This document shows, one piece after another, positions 38,802 through 48,456 of a stretch of DNA of 64,000 nt. The translations under genes and the position numbers were made by a program. Origin of the DNA: Pseudomonadota bacterium (GTDB lineage Bacteria; Bdellovibrionota_B; Oligoflexia; Silvanigrellales; Silvanigrellaceae); the NCBI GenBank assembly GCA_039799905.1, contig JBDLRP010000020.1, forward strand, positions 1 to 64,000. Direction: 5' to 3'. The notes below the pieces were generated by a model. That model searched no databases, was not told the DNA's origin, and saw nothing but the letters and a program-made list of their open reading frames with translations. Each line of letters opens with the position of its first letter. Positions within the stretch are counted from its first letter, which is position 1.

Positions 38802-41675
38802 TTACCACAGAGTGGACGGCTTTTGTGATTCCATCCAAGCTTTGGCGGCCTGCTTAACGGCGGGGTTATCGGCCTCTTTTTCCAAGGTCTTAAAGAGATT
38901 TTCAAGTTCCTGTTTTGACACGCTTCCCTGCTGGGCCCAGCGCTGCCCGAGAGCCAGCCATGCCTCCTGCTCGGCACGTGCGCCGCGGGCCTGCAACCAA
39001 GGCCAGAGCAGATGCTTGTCCCGTGCAGCTGAAGGCATGGCTTGTGCGGTCTGCAGAGCCTCGGCGGCAATTTGGCTGGCACACCGTGGAGTGGCTTGCT
39101 CGGCGGCGATTTCAAGCCAGCGCGCTGTGGGCACAGCAACAACGAATGAGTCCCATTCCTTCTTGCTGAGCGATGAAGCCTCAAGAAGCAGACGGTGGCA
39201 GAATTCATCATTCTGCAGCGTCAATTCAGGCCGACTCAGCACCTCGGCACGCATGAGCCGGTTGAGCAGCGGCTTCTTTTCGGCGGGTTGTTGTAAATCC
39301 CATTGCAGCACTTTGAGCGTGGCAAGCTTTTCCCAAAATTTTGCATCATCAATGGTGCGCGCCTGCAGAGTCTCCATTTCACGGACATCGTCGATGAGTG
39401 TCGTTCTGCCGCGCCTGCGCAATTCTGCGAGGAGATCGGCGGCGGTTTTGTCGGTCGGACGTGTTGTCATTGCAAGCGTCAGACGCGTGATGCGCTGTTC
39501 AGGCGACTCATAGGAATCCGCCTTTTTGCGCTTGCGTGCTTTGCTATTCCGGTTCTTACCGGCGGAATTGTTACCGGCATCGGCAATCGGCTGGATCTTT
39601 TGAATAGTCTCGATGGAAGAGAACAATGCCGCACAGCGCATGAGCCTTTCCTGTTCTTCCTTCGTCCATTTCAGTGTCTCAAGAAATTTGCCACTGACCG
39701 TTTTCAACATTGCAATCTTCTGCTCGTTGGCCTTGAAAAAACTGAGTGCTGACTCGCATTCCTTGAATGCGAGGTGATAAGGTCCAAGTGCGGCTTCAAG
39801 CGCCTGCTTGCGCTTTTCGAAAAAGCGCAAATACGCCGACTGTGGAAATTTCTGCCTGAATTCCTCTATCATCTCCAATTGAAGTGCAGCATCCTGCGGT
39901 AGGCTTTTCATCGAACGATCAGACATCTTGGCTGCGTCGTCGACCAGACCGTTGATGTGGCATGCTCTGACTTGTTCGACTTCGGCAAGCTCAAATTTCG
40001 GGAACAAATTTTTCAGTTCTGTGTATTCAAGGTGTCGGGCGCGCGCTCCCGTGTAGGGCGCCGTAATGCAAAAAATACGCCGACGCGCCGACAGTCCCGC
40101 CGGATGCAGAGGCTGATTGCGGAGCAACTCTTCGTACATCGGCAGGGCCTTGTCGCTGCCTTTTTCCAGTTGGGTAATTTCGGCAAGGCGCAATCGCGCC
40201 CATGGTCCGAACGTCTTGTCGCCGGCAGACAGAAGAAACTTTTCAAAGGCCGCGCGTGCAATCTTGTAATCTGCTGTCCAGAATGCATTTTCAGCACCAC
40301 CGAGCAGGAAATACGGATTTTGCTGATACCATTCGACATCAGCAAACGCTTCCGCAAATGCATAAAAGCGGCGTGCGTAGTTCGGATAACCGAGGTCGCT
40401 GTAAATATCTCCGGCAAGCGAAAATCCGAGCGTCTTAAAACCGTGCACGCGGGAATTCAAAATCACCTTGGCTGTCTCACGCAGCGCAATCAATGGATCC
40501 TCAGCAAGAAACTGAGCCTTGGCACGAAGAATCCGCATGATCACCTGAAGCTGGTGCGGTGTCTGCGGGCGCATCAGCATCGGATGCGTGGCAGCCACTC
40601 CAGTGGGAGTGGTGAAGAGTAGATTGCGGTCATCACTTGAAGTGAACTTTTTGTCGAGCAGAGCATAGATCTCTTCAAATTTCTGGCTGGCATCATAGAC
40701 ACGCGTCCAGTTGTTCGATTTGACTGCAAGCGATGCAATATTGAAAACCACTGGCAGCGCAAGACTTCTCACAAAGAGCTGCAAATCCATGGAGCGCGGC
40801 TTGATGCGCGGCTGCTTGAGCTTGGGCGGATACACTCCGGAATTGCTGAACAGTGCAGGCTCGGCCAGTGCGGCCATAAACAAGTCGACGTCGACCTTAT
40901 TTCCGCCTTTGACGTCCATGAACACTTTAACTTCCGTGTGTCCCAGGGAATCCCACAGAGAGCCCAGCGACGGAGAGAAATAATCCATCGGTTTTTCTGC
41001 TTCGGCTGCTAACTGCAAATCAAGAAAACCATTCAAGATGGCGATAGCGGTGCGTTCGAGACTGCCACGCGGAACCTTCTTTTTGTCACTGTGAAGTTGT
41101 TTGCGGAGCTTTTCCGCCTCAGCCGTACGACCGAGAGTCCAAAGCCGCACGACCTCGTTCATAGTGCGGATGTAGTCGCTTTCGCCGTTTAAAAAGGGAA
41201 CTGCACTCAAGCGCAGCATCGGCGCTTCCACCTTGAGCTCAGGACGGTTGAAGTGGCGTGTCGGGCCGAGCTCCAAAGATCTGCTTCCCTCTTTTTCGGG
41301 AGTCCACCAGACGGGCGGCGATGTTGCAGGGTCCTTCATTGTCAACACGGCTGGCAGCCCGAAAGTGTCGTCGATACGCTTTCGCAATGCCTGATCAGCA
41401 TATTCAGGAATAGACCGAAATGTGGGAAGGTCGTCTGCCTTCAGCAAGGTGAGGCGAAGCCAGTCGCGCGCAAGAAGCGCATCGGAATAGGACGGCTTTT
41501 TAATATTCAAATCATCAGGGCGGGGAGCGACGGTGGGTTCCGGCTCGGGAGTCGGAGTCGGTTCGGCAGGTTTGTCTGCCGCTAATACGGAAACGACAAA
41601 GCCCGCCGCCACCCAAGTGACGGCGAGCTTGAGTTGGAATCGGATTATTTTCTGCGAGCGCTGCGTGATGCCCAC
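38802..41675 (-). CDS. Large secreted TPR-like helical protein
   Basis: 957-aa ORF with signal peptide and central TPR-like helices (LAGDIYSDLG..NYARRFY; ARLRLAEI). Confidence 0.75.
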   Translation of the reverse strand: MGITQRSQKIIRFQLKLAVTWVAAGFVVSVLAADKPAEPTPTPEPEPTVAPRPDDLNIKKPSYSDALLARDWLRLTLLKADDLPTFRSIPEYADQALRKRIDDTFGLPAVLTMKDPATSPPVWWTPEKEGSRSLELGPTRHFNRPELKVEAPMLRLSAVPFLNGESDYIRTMNEVVRLWTLGRTAEAEKLRKQLHSDKKKVPRGSLERTAIAILNGFLDLQLAAEAEKPMDYFSPSLGSLWDSLGHTEVKVFMDVKGGNKVDVDLFMAALAEPALFSNSGVYPPKLKQPRIKPRSMDLQLFVRSLALPVVFNIASLAVKSNNWTRVYDASQKFEEIYALLDKKFTSSDDRNLLFTTPTGVAATHPMLMRPQTPHQLQVIMRILRAKAQFLAEDPLIALRETAKVILNSRVHGFKTLGFSLAGDIYSDLGYPNYARRFYAFAEAFADVEWYQQNPYFLLGGAENAFWTADYKIARAAFEKFLLSAGDKTFGPWARLRLAEITQLEKGSDKALPMYEELLRNQPLHPAGLSARRRIFCITAPYTGARARHLEYTELKNLFPKFELAEVEQVRACHINGLVDDAAKMSDRSMKSLPQDAALQLEMIEEFRQKFPQSAYLRFFEKRKQALEAALGPYHLAFKECESALSFFKANEQKIAMLKTVSGKFLETLKWTKEEQERLMRCAALFSSIETIQKIQPIADAGNNSAGKNRNSKARKRKKADSYESPEQRITRLTLAMTTRPTDKTAADLLAELRRRGRTTLIDDVREMETLQARTIDDAKFWEKLATLKVLQWDLQQPAEKKPLLNRLMRAEVLSRPELTLQNDEFCHRLLLEASSLSKKEWDSFVVAVPTARWLEIAAEQATPRCASQIAAEALQTAQAMPSAARDKHLLWPWLQARGARAEQEAWLALGQRWAQQGSVSKQELENLFKTLEKEADNPAVKQAAKAWMESQKPSTLW

Positions 41676-43381
41676 TTCAGTTGCCCGTCACATTGATTTC
41701 TGGAGGCCGTAACACTCCAGCCCTGCAAAGTTCCGACATCGCGAGCTGCGACGTCCTTCACCTTGAGTTTCCAGTTTCCATCAAGTTTCTCTACTCTCGA
41801 GTCTACCTGAATTGTTTCGTGAATGCCTGTGTCAAGACGGCCATCAGTTTTGCTCGTGCGGCGACCCTTGAGCGAATTCGCGTTTGGATAAACGCGATAT
41901 TCCTTGCCCTCGGGCGAGAACACGCTGATGCGGAGGTCGCGCACATAGGGGTGTTCAATGTCCAAGCGGACCGACAATCCCGAGGCCGAGCCTTGATTGC
42001 TGCTGACAAAGGACGACTCGATGCCGACGGCATCGTTATCCGGAATGTTGATCTGTGTTTCGACAGTTCCGAGCTGCTCAGTCACGAGGCGGCCCATCTG
42101 AACTTCACGCAGCAGCTCAACTCCACCCTGATCACTCTTGGCCTTCAGGCTGAGCGGAAGTTTTTCGCCGCACTGTGCACTTGAAGAAACCTTGAAGACA
42201 AAAGGTGAACGCGCTTCGCTCTGTTCACCTGTACTCATGTCGCTGAACTGAGCTTTGTTTTCAACAACGGTGATTTTTTCGGTCGTCGAGCTCAGAACAG
42301 CTTCGATGTTGGTGGTCGGGTTGACCGCCTTGTTGGTCAGCTTGAAAAATGCTTCCACCGTTTCGCCGGGCTCGACGAAACCGTTGTTGTTTCCGCTTTG
42401 CTCCTGATAGCGCACATCGGAATACTGGATTGCAAGGAACTCGAGCTGTGGCTTGAACCAGCAGAGCGGACGCACGCCGCCGGCGTATCCGGCTGCAGTC
42501 ATGCACGACGATGCCGATGCTGTAAGTTCGCTGTCTTTGCTTGTCTGGCCACCGGCTGTGTTGCGTCCAGGGATGACATTCTTATCAAAACCGACTTGGC
42601 AAAGTGCACCGCTGAAGTAGGTGTCCAAACGGCATTGAGCATCGGGGTGCGCCGTGTAGGTGGACGAAACCTTGCGAGGATCTGGAGTGTCGAAACGCGG
42701 CAGGTTGGAGCCGCCTCTCAGTGCACCCAGCAGAGTTGCGAGGCTGTGACCCGCAGCTGCCGTGCGGTAGCACAAATCTTGGTCTTCTGTTTTGTTCCAC
42801 GCAGCGTCACACTTTTTCTTCTCGAATTCACCAACGAGGCCGCGGAAGCGTGCATTTTCGTTTGTCTGGTTGCGCCAGATCTCACGAGCGCACGACTGCG
42901 TCGCAAAATAGTCTGACTGGCCTTCTGAGGCGGCCCAGTCTCTGTCGCCATAGAAGGGGAAACCACCCAAGTGGTGACCAAGCTCGTGACAGACGACCAT
43001 TGCAAAGCCATCGGCAGTCACTTCAGCACGGCGAGCAAGACCGCCGTACATGTTGATGATCCAAGTGTTGCCCATTTGCTGTGCGCTGGCATTGACTGTT
43101 GGATCTGTCCAAAGGTTGTTGGATTTGAGAGTCGCGCCCTTCGCAGCAACAATGGGCTTGTAGTAGTTGATGATGGTGTTGACGATCGTGTTGAATTCCT
43201 GCTCGGTCATATTGGCAAGCGAATGAATGTTGTCTTGCAGGTGAAGATTGTTGGGAGGAAGAATGGAAGCTTCTGCGTTGCGGACAAACAACGAACCCGC
43301 AATCAAGCAAGCGGAAACTCCGCCACGCCACCACAATGAATTCCGCTCACCCTTCAACCGAGCCTTGTTCGCTGCCACCAT
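41645..43381 (-). CDS. Secreted zinc metalloprotease (M48-like HExxH) with Ig-like and proprotein-convertase P domains
   Basis: VNASA, YGGL, CHELGHHLGG, SEGQSDYFA; C-terminal IPDND..G, I.HPY..DL.I...SP.G, G.W.L.V.D....D.GTL..W; AGGAGG RBS. Confidence 0.88.
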   Translation of the reverse strand: MVAANKARLKGERNSLWWRGGVSACLIAGSLFVRNAEASILPPNNLHLQDNIHSLANMTEQEFNTIVNTIINYYKPIVAAKGATLKSNNLWTDPTVNASAQQMGNTWIINMYGGLARRAEVTADGFAMVVCHELGHHLGGFPFYGDRDWAASEGQSDYFATQSCAREIWRNQTNENARFRGLVGEFEKKKCDAAWNKTEDQDLCYRTAAAGHSLATLLGALRGGSNLPRFDTPDPRKVSSTYTAHPDAQCRLDTYFSGALCQVGFDKNVIPGRNTAGGQTSKDSELTASASSCMTAAGYAGGVRPLCWFKPQLEFLAIQYSDVRYQEQSGNNNGFVEPGETVEAFFKLTNKAVNPTTNIEAVLSSTTEKITVVENKAQFSDMSTGEQSEARSPFVFKVSSSAQCGEKLPLSLKAKSDQGGVELLREVQMGRLVTEQLGTVETQINIPDNDAVGIESSFVSSNQGSASGLSVRLDIEHPYVRDLRISVFSPEGKEYRVYPNANSLKGRRTSKTDGRLDTGIHETIQVDSRVEKLDGNWKLKVKDVAARDVGTLQGWSVTASRNQCDGQLKWASRSARRK

Positions 43382-43445
43382 TTTTGATTTCCTCCTTGGA
43401 CGCTTTTGCGCCTCCAAGGATCATATGCTGGACGGGCGGCCGAAC

Positions 43446-43469
43446 AGGTGTGACGTTTCCGTCACACCT
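43446..43469 (-). other. Perfect 10-bp hairpin with GAAA tetraloop (minus strand) downstream of flbD
   Basis: AGGTGTGACG-TTTC-CGTCACACCT on the plus strand. No U-tract, so it may be a stabiliser or processing hairpin rather than a terminator. Confidence 0.6.
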
Positions 43470-43489
43470 ATCTGAAGTTTGACGACGTG

Positions 43490-43720
43490 CTAGCTCTTTG
43501 ACATGACCAACGCCGCTCGTGATTCGACGAGTGCCTGCGACGGTAGCATTGAGTGCTTAATTTCATTGCACCTCTTAACGATGTCCTCGGGTGAATCACG
43601 CACCACGACGCGTGCGCCACCCAGAAAAGTAATGGCTGTATCCGGCAATTGTTCAATCCACTGAATATTCAATTCATTGATGAACAATTTGGACCCATCA
43701 AGCTTTGTAACTTCAATCAT
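43490..43720 (-). CDS. flbD: Flagellar FlbD/SwrD family protein
   Basis: MIEVTKLDG..FIN...I..IE..PDT.IT...G..VVV.DS.EDIV pattern; AGGAG RBS. Confidence 0.85.
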   Translation of the reverse strand: MIEVTKLDGSKLFINELNIQWIEQLPDTAITFLGGARVVVRDSPEDIVKRCNEIKHSMLPSQALVESRAALVMSKS

Positions 43721-43766
43721 CTGCTCGCTCCTGTTGTGACGCATTCACGGATGCAATCGCGCTAAC

Positions 43767-44264
43767 TTAGCTGCGCATGTTCACAAACTGCAGTGGAATC
43801 TTGAGCTGCCCCTGCTGGGCTTTCAGCAAAGTTATCACTTCCTGCAAATCATCGATCTTCTTGCCGGTGACACGAACTTGTTTGTCTTGAATCTGCGCCT
43901 CGACTTTCAGTTTTGAATCTTTGATGGCTTTGACAATCTGCTTTGCCTTTTCCTGCTCAAGCCCCTGCTTCACTTTGAGAGTCTGCTTGAGCATCATGCC
44001 CCCTGCAGGTTCTTTTTTGCCAATCTCTATAGCACCGAGCTCAATTCCACGCTTGATCAATTTTGAATTAAGAATGTCGACCATGCTATCGAGACGACTC
44101 TCCGCATCGGCATTGAGTTTGATCTCGGTTGATTTGCTGTCAAAGCTCAAATCAAACTTTGTTCCCTTGAAATCATAGCGTGCTTGTATTTCTTTTTGTG
44201 CCTGATTGACTGCGTTGTCGACTTCCTGAACATTAACTTCCGAGACAACGTCGAAGCTTGGCAT
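43767..44264 (-). CDS. yajQ: YajQ family cyclic di-GMP-binding protein
   Basis: MPSFDVVSEV, EVDNAVNQA.KE...RYDFKG, KLKV.AQIQ...VRVTGKK.DDLQ, PLQF.N.R. Confidence 0.96.
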   Translation of the reverse strand: MPSFDVVSEVNVQEVDNAVNQAQKEIQARYDFKGTKFDLSFDSKSTEIKLNADAESRLDSMVDILNSKLIKRGIELGAIEIGKKEPAGGMMLKQTLKVKQGLEQEKAKQIVKAIKDSKLKVEAQIQDKQVRVTGKKIDDLQEVITLLKAQQGQLKIPLQFVNMRS

Positions 44265-44329
44265 AGACACCCCTCTGACTGACCGACGATTCGACGCAAA
44301 CTTTCATCACAAAGGAACTGCGCTTCGCT

Positions 44330-45631
44330 ATGGTTCAAAACGACGGCTCAACGCAGGGCGCCGATGGTACAATCAGACGTTATACTCTGTTATCGGTATT
44401 TCTGACAATATTGCTCGACCTCGTCGGCTTCGGAATGTTCATTCCGATTCTTCCTTCCATCGCGCGCAGCTTGAATGCTTCAAATGCTGAAGCAGCCTAT
44501 CTGTCGACCTACTTCTCGGTCGGAACATTGCTGTCGGTTATGGTACTCGGAAGAATTTCCGACCGCATCGGACGCAAGAAGATTTTACTTGGCACCATCC
44601 TCCTCTCGATGATCGCACAGGGCGCAACAGGTTTTGCGGTGCAATTTGAAAGTTATGCGATGCTGGCTTTCATCAGGTTTTGCGCAGGTATCGCTGCCGG
44701 AAATATTTCTGTCGCACAGGCTGCCATCGCCGACATCACCCCTGCCCACGAACGCGCCCGTTCGATGGTCGTCATTGGAATTGCGTTTGGTGCCGGCTTC
44801 GCGCTCGGCCCCGCAATTGGTGCGTTGATCACCACACTGAGTCCCGACAACTCTCTCATGCCGATTGCCATGACTGCAGTTGGCCTCAACCTCATCAACC
44901 TCATTTTGGTCTTTTTACGCTTTAAGGAGACACACCACCGCTTTGCGCCGCCCGAACTTTCGCCCATTATTGCTGCAGCTCGCGCCGGGACGGAGAGTGC
45001 AGGACAAGCCCGCTCCGGCCTCATCCAAGACACACGACAGCTTCTCGCCCGCCCGTTCTTCAAAACAACTCTGCTCATGCAGTTCATACAGGTGTTTGGA
45101 TTTGTCGGAGTGGAAACCATTCTGCCGCTGGTCCTGACAGACGCGTACGTCATGGACCAGAATTCCGTTTACCGCGCGTTCCTTTTTCTTGGCGCGGCTG
45201 TGCTTCTCATCAATGGTGGGGTCTCGAGGAAAGTTCTTGCACGTGCGGGCGAGGCTCGGACCCTCAATGCCGGACAGCTGTTCATGACGTTGGGAATATT
45301 TCTGATTGCTTTTTTTCCTCCTAATGTGAGCGGACTTTACGGAGCCCTTGCGATGCTCTCGCTCGGCACTTCACTTGCCAACCCCGCACTGAGCGGACTT
45401 GTCAGCCGGTTGAGCCCACACGACAGACAGGGCTTAGCCCTTGGGACGGCACAAAGTCTTTCGGCAGGAGCAAGAATATTGGGTCCCGCCTTCATGGGCA
45501 TGCTCTACGATACGCTCAATGGAGCACCGTCCCTGTATATATCTAGTGGACTCTTGCTCGTTGTGACGCTCATCGGTATGGCAGGTCTTCGCGGTCTGAC
45601 GACCCGAACGACGATTTCGGTGCATGGCTAA
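44330..45631 (+). CDS. MFS transporter (TetA/DHA1-like)
   Basis: LDLVGFGM.IP.LP, GRISDRIGRK, AQAAIAD.T, FGAGFALGP; about 12 TM segments. Confidence 0.93.
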   Translation: MVQNDGSTQGADGTIRRYTLLSVFLTILLDLVGFGMFIPILPSIARSLNASNAEAAYLSTYFSVGTLLSVMVLGRISDRIGRKKILLGTILLSMIAQGATGFAVQFESYAMLAFIRFCAGIAAGNISVAQAAIADITPAHERARSMVVIGIAFGAGFALGPAIGALITTLSPDNSLMPIAMTAVGLNLINLILVFLRFKETHHRFAPPELSPIIAAARAGTESAGQARSGLIQDTRQLLARPFFKTTLLMQFIQVFGFVGVETILPLVLTDAYVMDQNSVYRAFLFLGAAVLLINGGVSRKVLARAGEARTLNAGQLFMTLGIFLIAFFPPNVSGLYGALAMLSLGTSLANPALSGLVSRLSPHDRQGLALGTAQSLSAGARILGPAFMGMLYDTLNGAPSLYISSGLLLVVTLIGMAGLRGLTTRTTISVHG

Positions 45632-45646
45632 ATAGGGAGAACACGC

Positions 45647-46231
45647 GTGAATTGGAAACTTCCACTCAATCAGGTTGGCAGCGGCTGCACTTTTGTTGTC
45701 GGACCATTCCAGGATAAAACCAAGTTCCGCTCGACCCGCCTCAATCTGGCACAACATGCGTGGCTGCAGGACATTATCACGGAACTGAATTGTTCGGCTG
45801 ATGATGAAAATGGCAATTTTTCGTTGGCTGTGGATGTTGAAAAACAGGGTGAAACATACCGAGTCGGTGCTCATTTACGGATGGTCCCACAGCTCGAATG
45901 CGTGCGCAGTCTTACACCGTTCCGCACCGCCATCGACTCAGAAAACGAAGCACTCTACATGCGCGGACTTGGCACACCCAGCGGTGGTGAACATGAACTG
46001 TCGGAAAGTGAAATGGAGTCCTATGAACATGATGGTCAGGGACTCATGTTGTCAGAATTTGTCACAGACGTGGTCTTTACCAGCCTGCCCGACTTCCCGC
46101 TCTGCCGCTCAGATTGCCGAGGCCTGTGCGCCAACTGCGGTTGCAACCTGAACGATGCAAAAAGCTGTGGCAACAAAGACGAGTCCGCAGATTCCGACTT
46201 CAGTTGCCCACACGCTCAATATTTTCAGTAA
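45647..46231 (+). CDS. yceD: YceD/DUF177 family metal-binding protein
   Basis: ECVRSL and PLCRSDCRGLCANCG.NLN motifs. Confidence 0.85.
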   Translation: MNWKLPLNQVGSGCTFVVGPFQDKTKFRSTRLNLAQHAWLQDIITELNCSADDENGNFSLAVDVEKQGETYRVGAHLRMVPQLECVRSLTPFRTAIDSENEALYMRGLGTPSGGEHELSESEMESYEHDGQGLMLSEFVTDVVFTSLPDFPLCRSDCRGLCANCGCNLNDAKSCGNKDESADSDFSCPHAQYFQ

Positions 46232-46240
46232 CTATTTTGT

Positions 46241-46837
46241 TCACTGGCTGATGAACAACGAACGCCAGACAACCGCCGCCATGACCACGGCAATCAAAGT
46301 GGACAGAGCGAGAACAACTGTCGGCAAAGTCTTTATGACAACCTCACGGACGATTTGATCGCGCTGGCTCTTATATGCCGCCGAAAGTTCGCTCATGAGC
46401 GTCCCCTGTTCGTCGGCAGTTGCAAGTGAATCGAGCAGGCGCTGGTGTGCCTTCTTGTACATCGCAGCCCAAGATGCACCCTCTTCGAACAACGTGGCAG
46501 GATCTGTTTGCGAAAAAACGTGCCTGCACATCAGTACATCGCGGGTAAAATCGTCCGTTTCGGAGCAAAGAGTTCTGCTAAAGGAACGGAAGCCGAGCCA
46601 CAAGCCAAAACGAGCTCGCACTTGAGCAATACCGACCGACGAACTGAGCTCGTCACGAACTGCGACTGCAAATGATTGGACTAGTTTTTCAGGATTTTCC
46701 GTTAAGCCGGAAAGACAGTTGAGTCTTGCCAGAAGTATTACGAGAACAGGATCCAAGTTACGTCGGCTGCTCTCCGAAGCAAGAGCACCATCGCGGACGA
46801 CTTCGCCCGCTGTCATCTCAGGTGAAAAAAGTGTCAC
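46241..46837 (-). CDS. Hypothetical protein with a C-terminal transmembrane helix
   Basis: GGAGG RBS before GTG; helical body; hydrophobic C-terminal segment. Confidence 0.6.
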   Translation of the reverse strand: MTLFSPEMTAGEVVRDGALASESSRRNLDPVLVILLARLNCLSGLTENPEKLVQSFAVAVRDELSSSVGIAQVRARFGLWLGFRSFSRTLCSETDDFTRDVLMCRHVFSQTDPATLFEEGASWAAMYKKAHQRLLDSLATADEQGTLMSELSAAYKSQRDQIVREVVIKTLPTVVLALSTLIAVVMAAVVWRSLFISQ

Positions 46838-46860
46838 CCGTGCCTCCGTTTGTGATCGGA

Positions 46861-47136
46861 TTACATCAGCTCCATTTCACTGAAACTGGCGAAACCGCCA
46901 AACTCGGGCATGTACTCAACGTCATTCTTTGGAATGAGAACCTGACGCTCTCCCGTTCCACCACGCTGGTAAGCCGCAAATCGTGGGCATGCTTTAAATG
47001 CTGCGTCCTCGAAGGGCGCATATGTGCATGCAGCTCCACAAGCAGACTTCACACCGCACACATCACTCAAAACCAATTGGCCTTGAGCGTCTACCATGCC
47101 CTGTTTGACATGATATGGACAACGCTGTGCTTTCAT
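46861..47136 (-). CDS. Small Cys-rich hypothetical protein (91 aa)
   Basis: Strong AAGGAGG RBS; five Cys; no signal peptide. Confidence 0.7.
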   Translation of the reverse strand: MKAQRCPYHVKQGMVDAQGQLVLSDVCGVKSACGAACTYAPFEDAAFKACPRFAAYQRGGTGERQVLIPKNDVEYMPEFGGFASFSEMELM

Positions 47137-47484
47137 CGCCTATCCTCCTTGATGGCAAAGTGGGCACCTGAGCAGTTTCCTACTGCTGGTAAAACAAACA
47201 ATTTTTTGGATTTACGCCTGCAGTAAAACACGACCTCCAAAGTGTGTCAACCCGCCGGCCAGTCAAGCCTCTGCTCGCAGTCAAATCACCGACAATCTTC
47301 GAAGCTCACTTTCGTTTGTCTTAACTGCGTGAATTGCAAATTCCGATCATGTTTAGAAAATTTTTCGATCATTTTTTGTGACACTCGTGATGCACGCAGA
47401 AATTTGTCATCGCATCGGGTGAATTCCAAAACAGCATCCAAACTGTTTCTTCCCGATCCTTCTTTGCACTTCCCGAAAGGAAAC

Positions 47485-48456
47485 ATGCTCAATCAAAATT
47501 TCTCGCAAACCCCAAACCACAACGCCACACTGCTCTGGTTTGTTCAAAACAATTTCACCAGCCGCGAATTGCGGCTCTTCAGACACATTCACATGAAGTG
47601 CGGTGTTCTGAATCAAGAACTGGATGGCTCTGTGACGGAGCTGGAAAGAGCAATCTGCGATTGCCTGACAGACGAGCGTCGCAGCGCCATAAAAAAAGAC
47701 ATCCGCCGCCTGGCATCTGAGACTCCACAATCCGGACTACTCAGCTGCCAGCAGCTTGCTGAATTCACGGCCCGGCCGCTACCCGCGGACTTTCCACTGG
47801 CCATGCGTTTTCTCGGCGAGCCGAATGTTCTCAGGCAAAAACGCGTGGCCATTGTCGGCTCAAGACAACCCACTTTTTATGGGCGCGAACAGGCCGCGCG
47901 CTTCGCACGAACGCTCGCTGAAAATGGCGTCTGTGTCGTTTCGGGCGCAGCCATCGGTATAGATACTGTGGCAAACCTCATGGCGCATGCCTATGGAGCG
48001 AGTGTGGCTGTGCTTGGCTCAGGGCTTGCGATGCCCTACCCGCGTTCAAACCTCTCATTGCTCAGTGCGATGAGTCGTTCTGGCCGAGGGCTGATTCTCA
48101 GCGAATTTCCCGACCAGCAACGCGCAGAAAAGTGGAATTTTCCCCGCAGAAACAGGATTATCGCCGGACTATGTGACTTTTTACTGGTTGTTGAGGCGGG
48201 GCTTGCCAGCGGTACTCTAATTACTGCGCATCTGGCTGCCGACCTGGGCGTCGAAGTCGGGGCGCTCCCCGGACCTGTCCACAGCCCGACGAGCCAGGGA
48301 AGTAACCTCCTGATAAAAGAGGGGGCTTTTTGCATCGAGAGGCCCGAGGAAATCCTTGAAAGATTCGTCATTCTGGGTCATCAGGAGAGCGGTCATCAGG
48401 AGACCGCTGCACATGATGAATTTCGAAGACAACCCGTTTCTCCGCCGCTTTTCTGA
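47485..48456 (+). CDS. dprA: DNA-processing protein DprA/Smf
   Basis: VAIVGSR, VVSG.A.GID, AVLG.G, LILSEF, FPRRNRIIAGL, VVEA...SG.LITA, GSN.LIKEGA; start at 47485 after AAAGGA. Confidence 0.93.
   Translation: MLNQNFSQTPNHNATLLWFVQNNFTSRELRLFRHIHMKCGVLNQELDGSVTELERAICDCLTDERRSAIKKDIRRLASETPQSGLLSCQQLAEFTARPLPADFPLAMRFLGEPNVLRQKRVAIVGSRQPTFYGREQAARFARTLAENGVCVVSGAAIGIDTVANLMAHAYGASVAVLGSGLAMPYPRSNLSLLSAMSRSGRGLILSEFPDQQRAEKWNFPRRNRIIAGLCDFLLVVEAGLASGTLITAHLAADLGVEVGALPGPVHSPTSQGSNLLIKEGAFCIERPEEILERFVILGHQESGHQETAAHDEFRRQPVSPPLF

Noticed and set aside
38776..40622. 245-aa and 221-aa plus-strand ORFs
   Set aside because: Antisense to the 957-aa TPR-like gene; no independent evidence.
43449..43466. 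TGTGA...TCACA as a CRP/FNR-type site
   Set aside because: The spacer is 8 bp rather than 6; better explained as an RNA hairpin with a GAAA loop.
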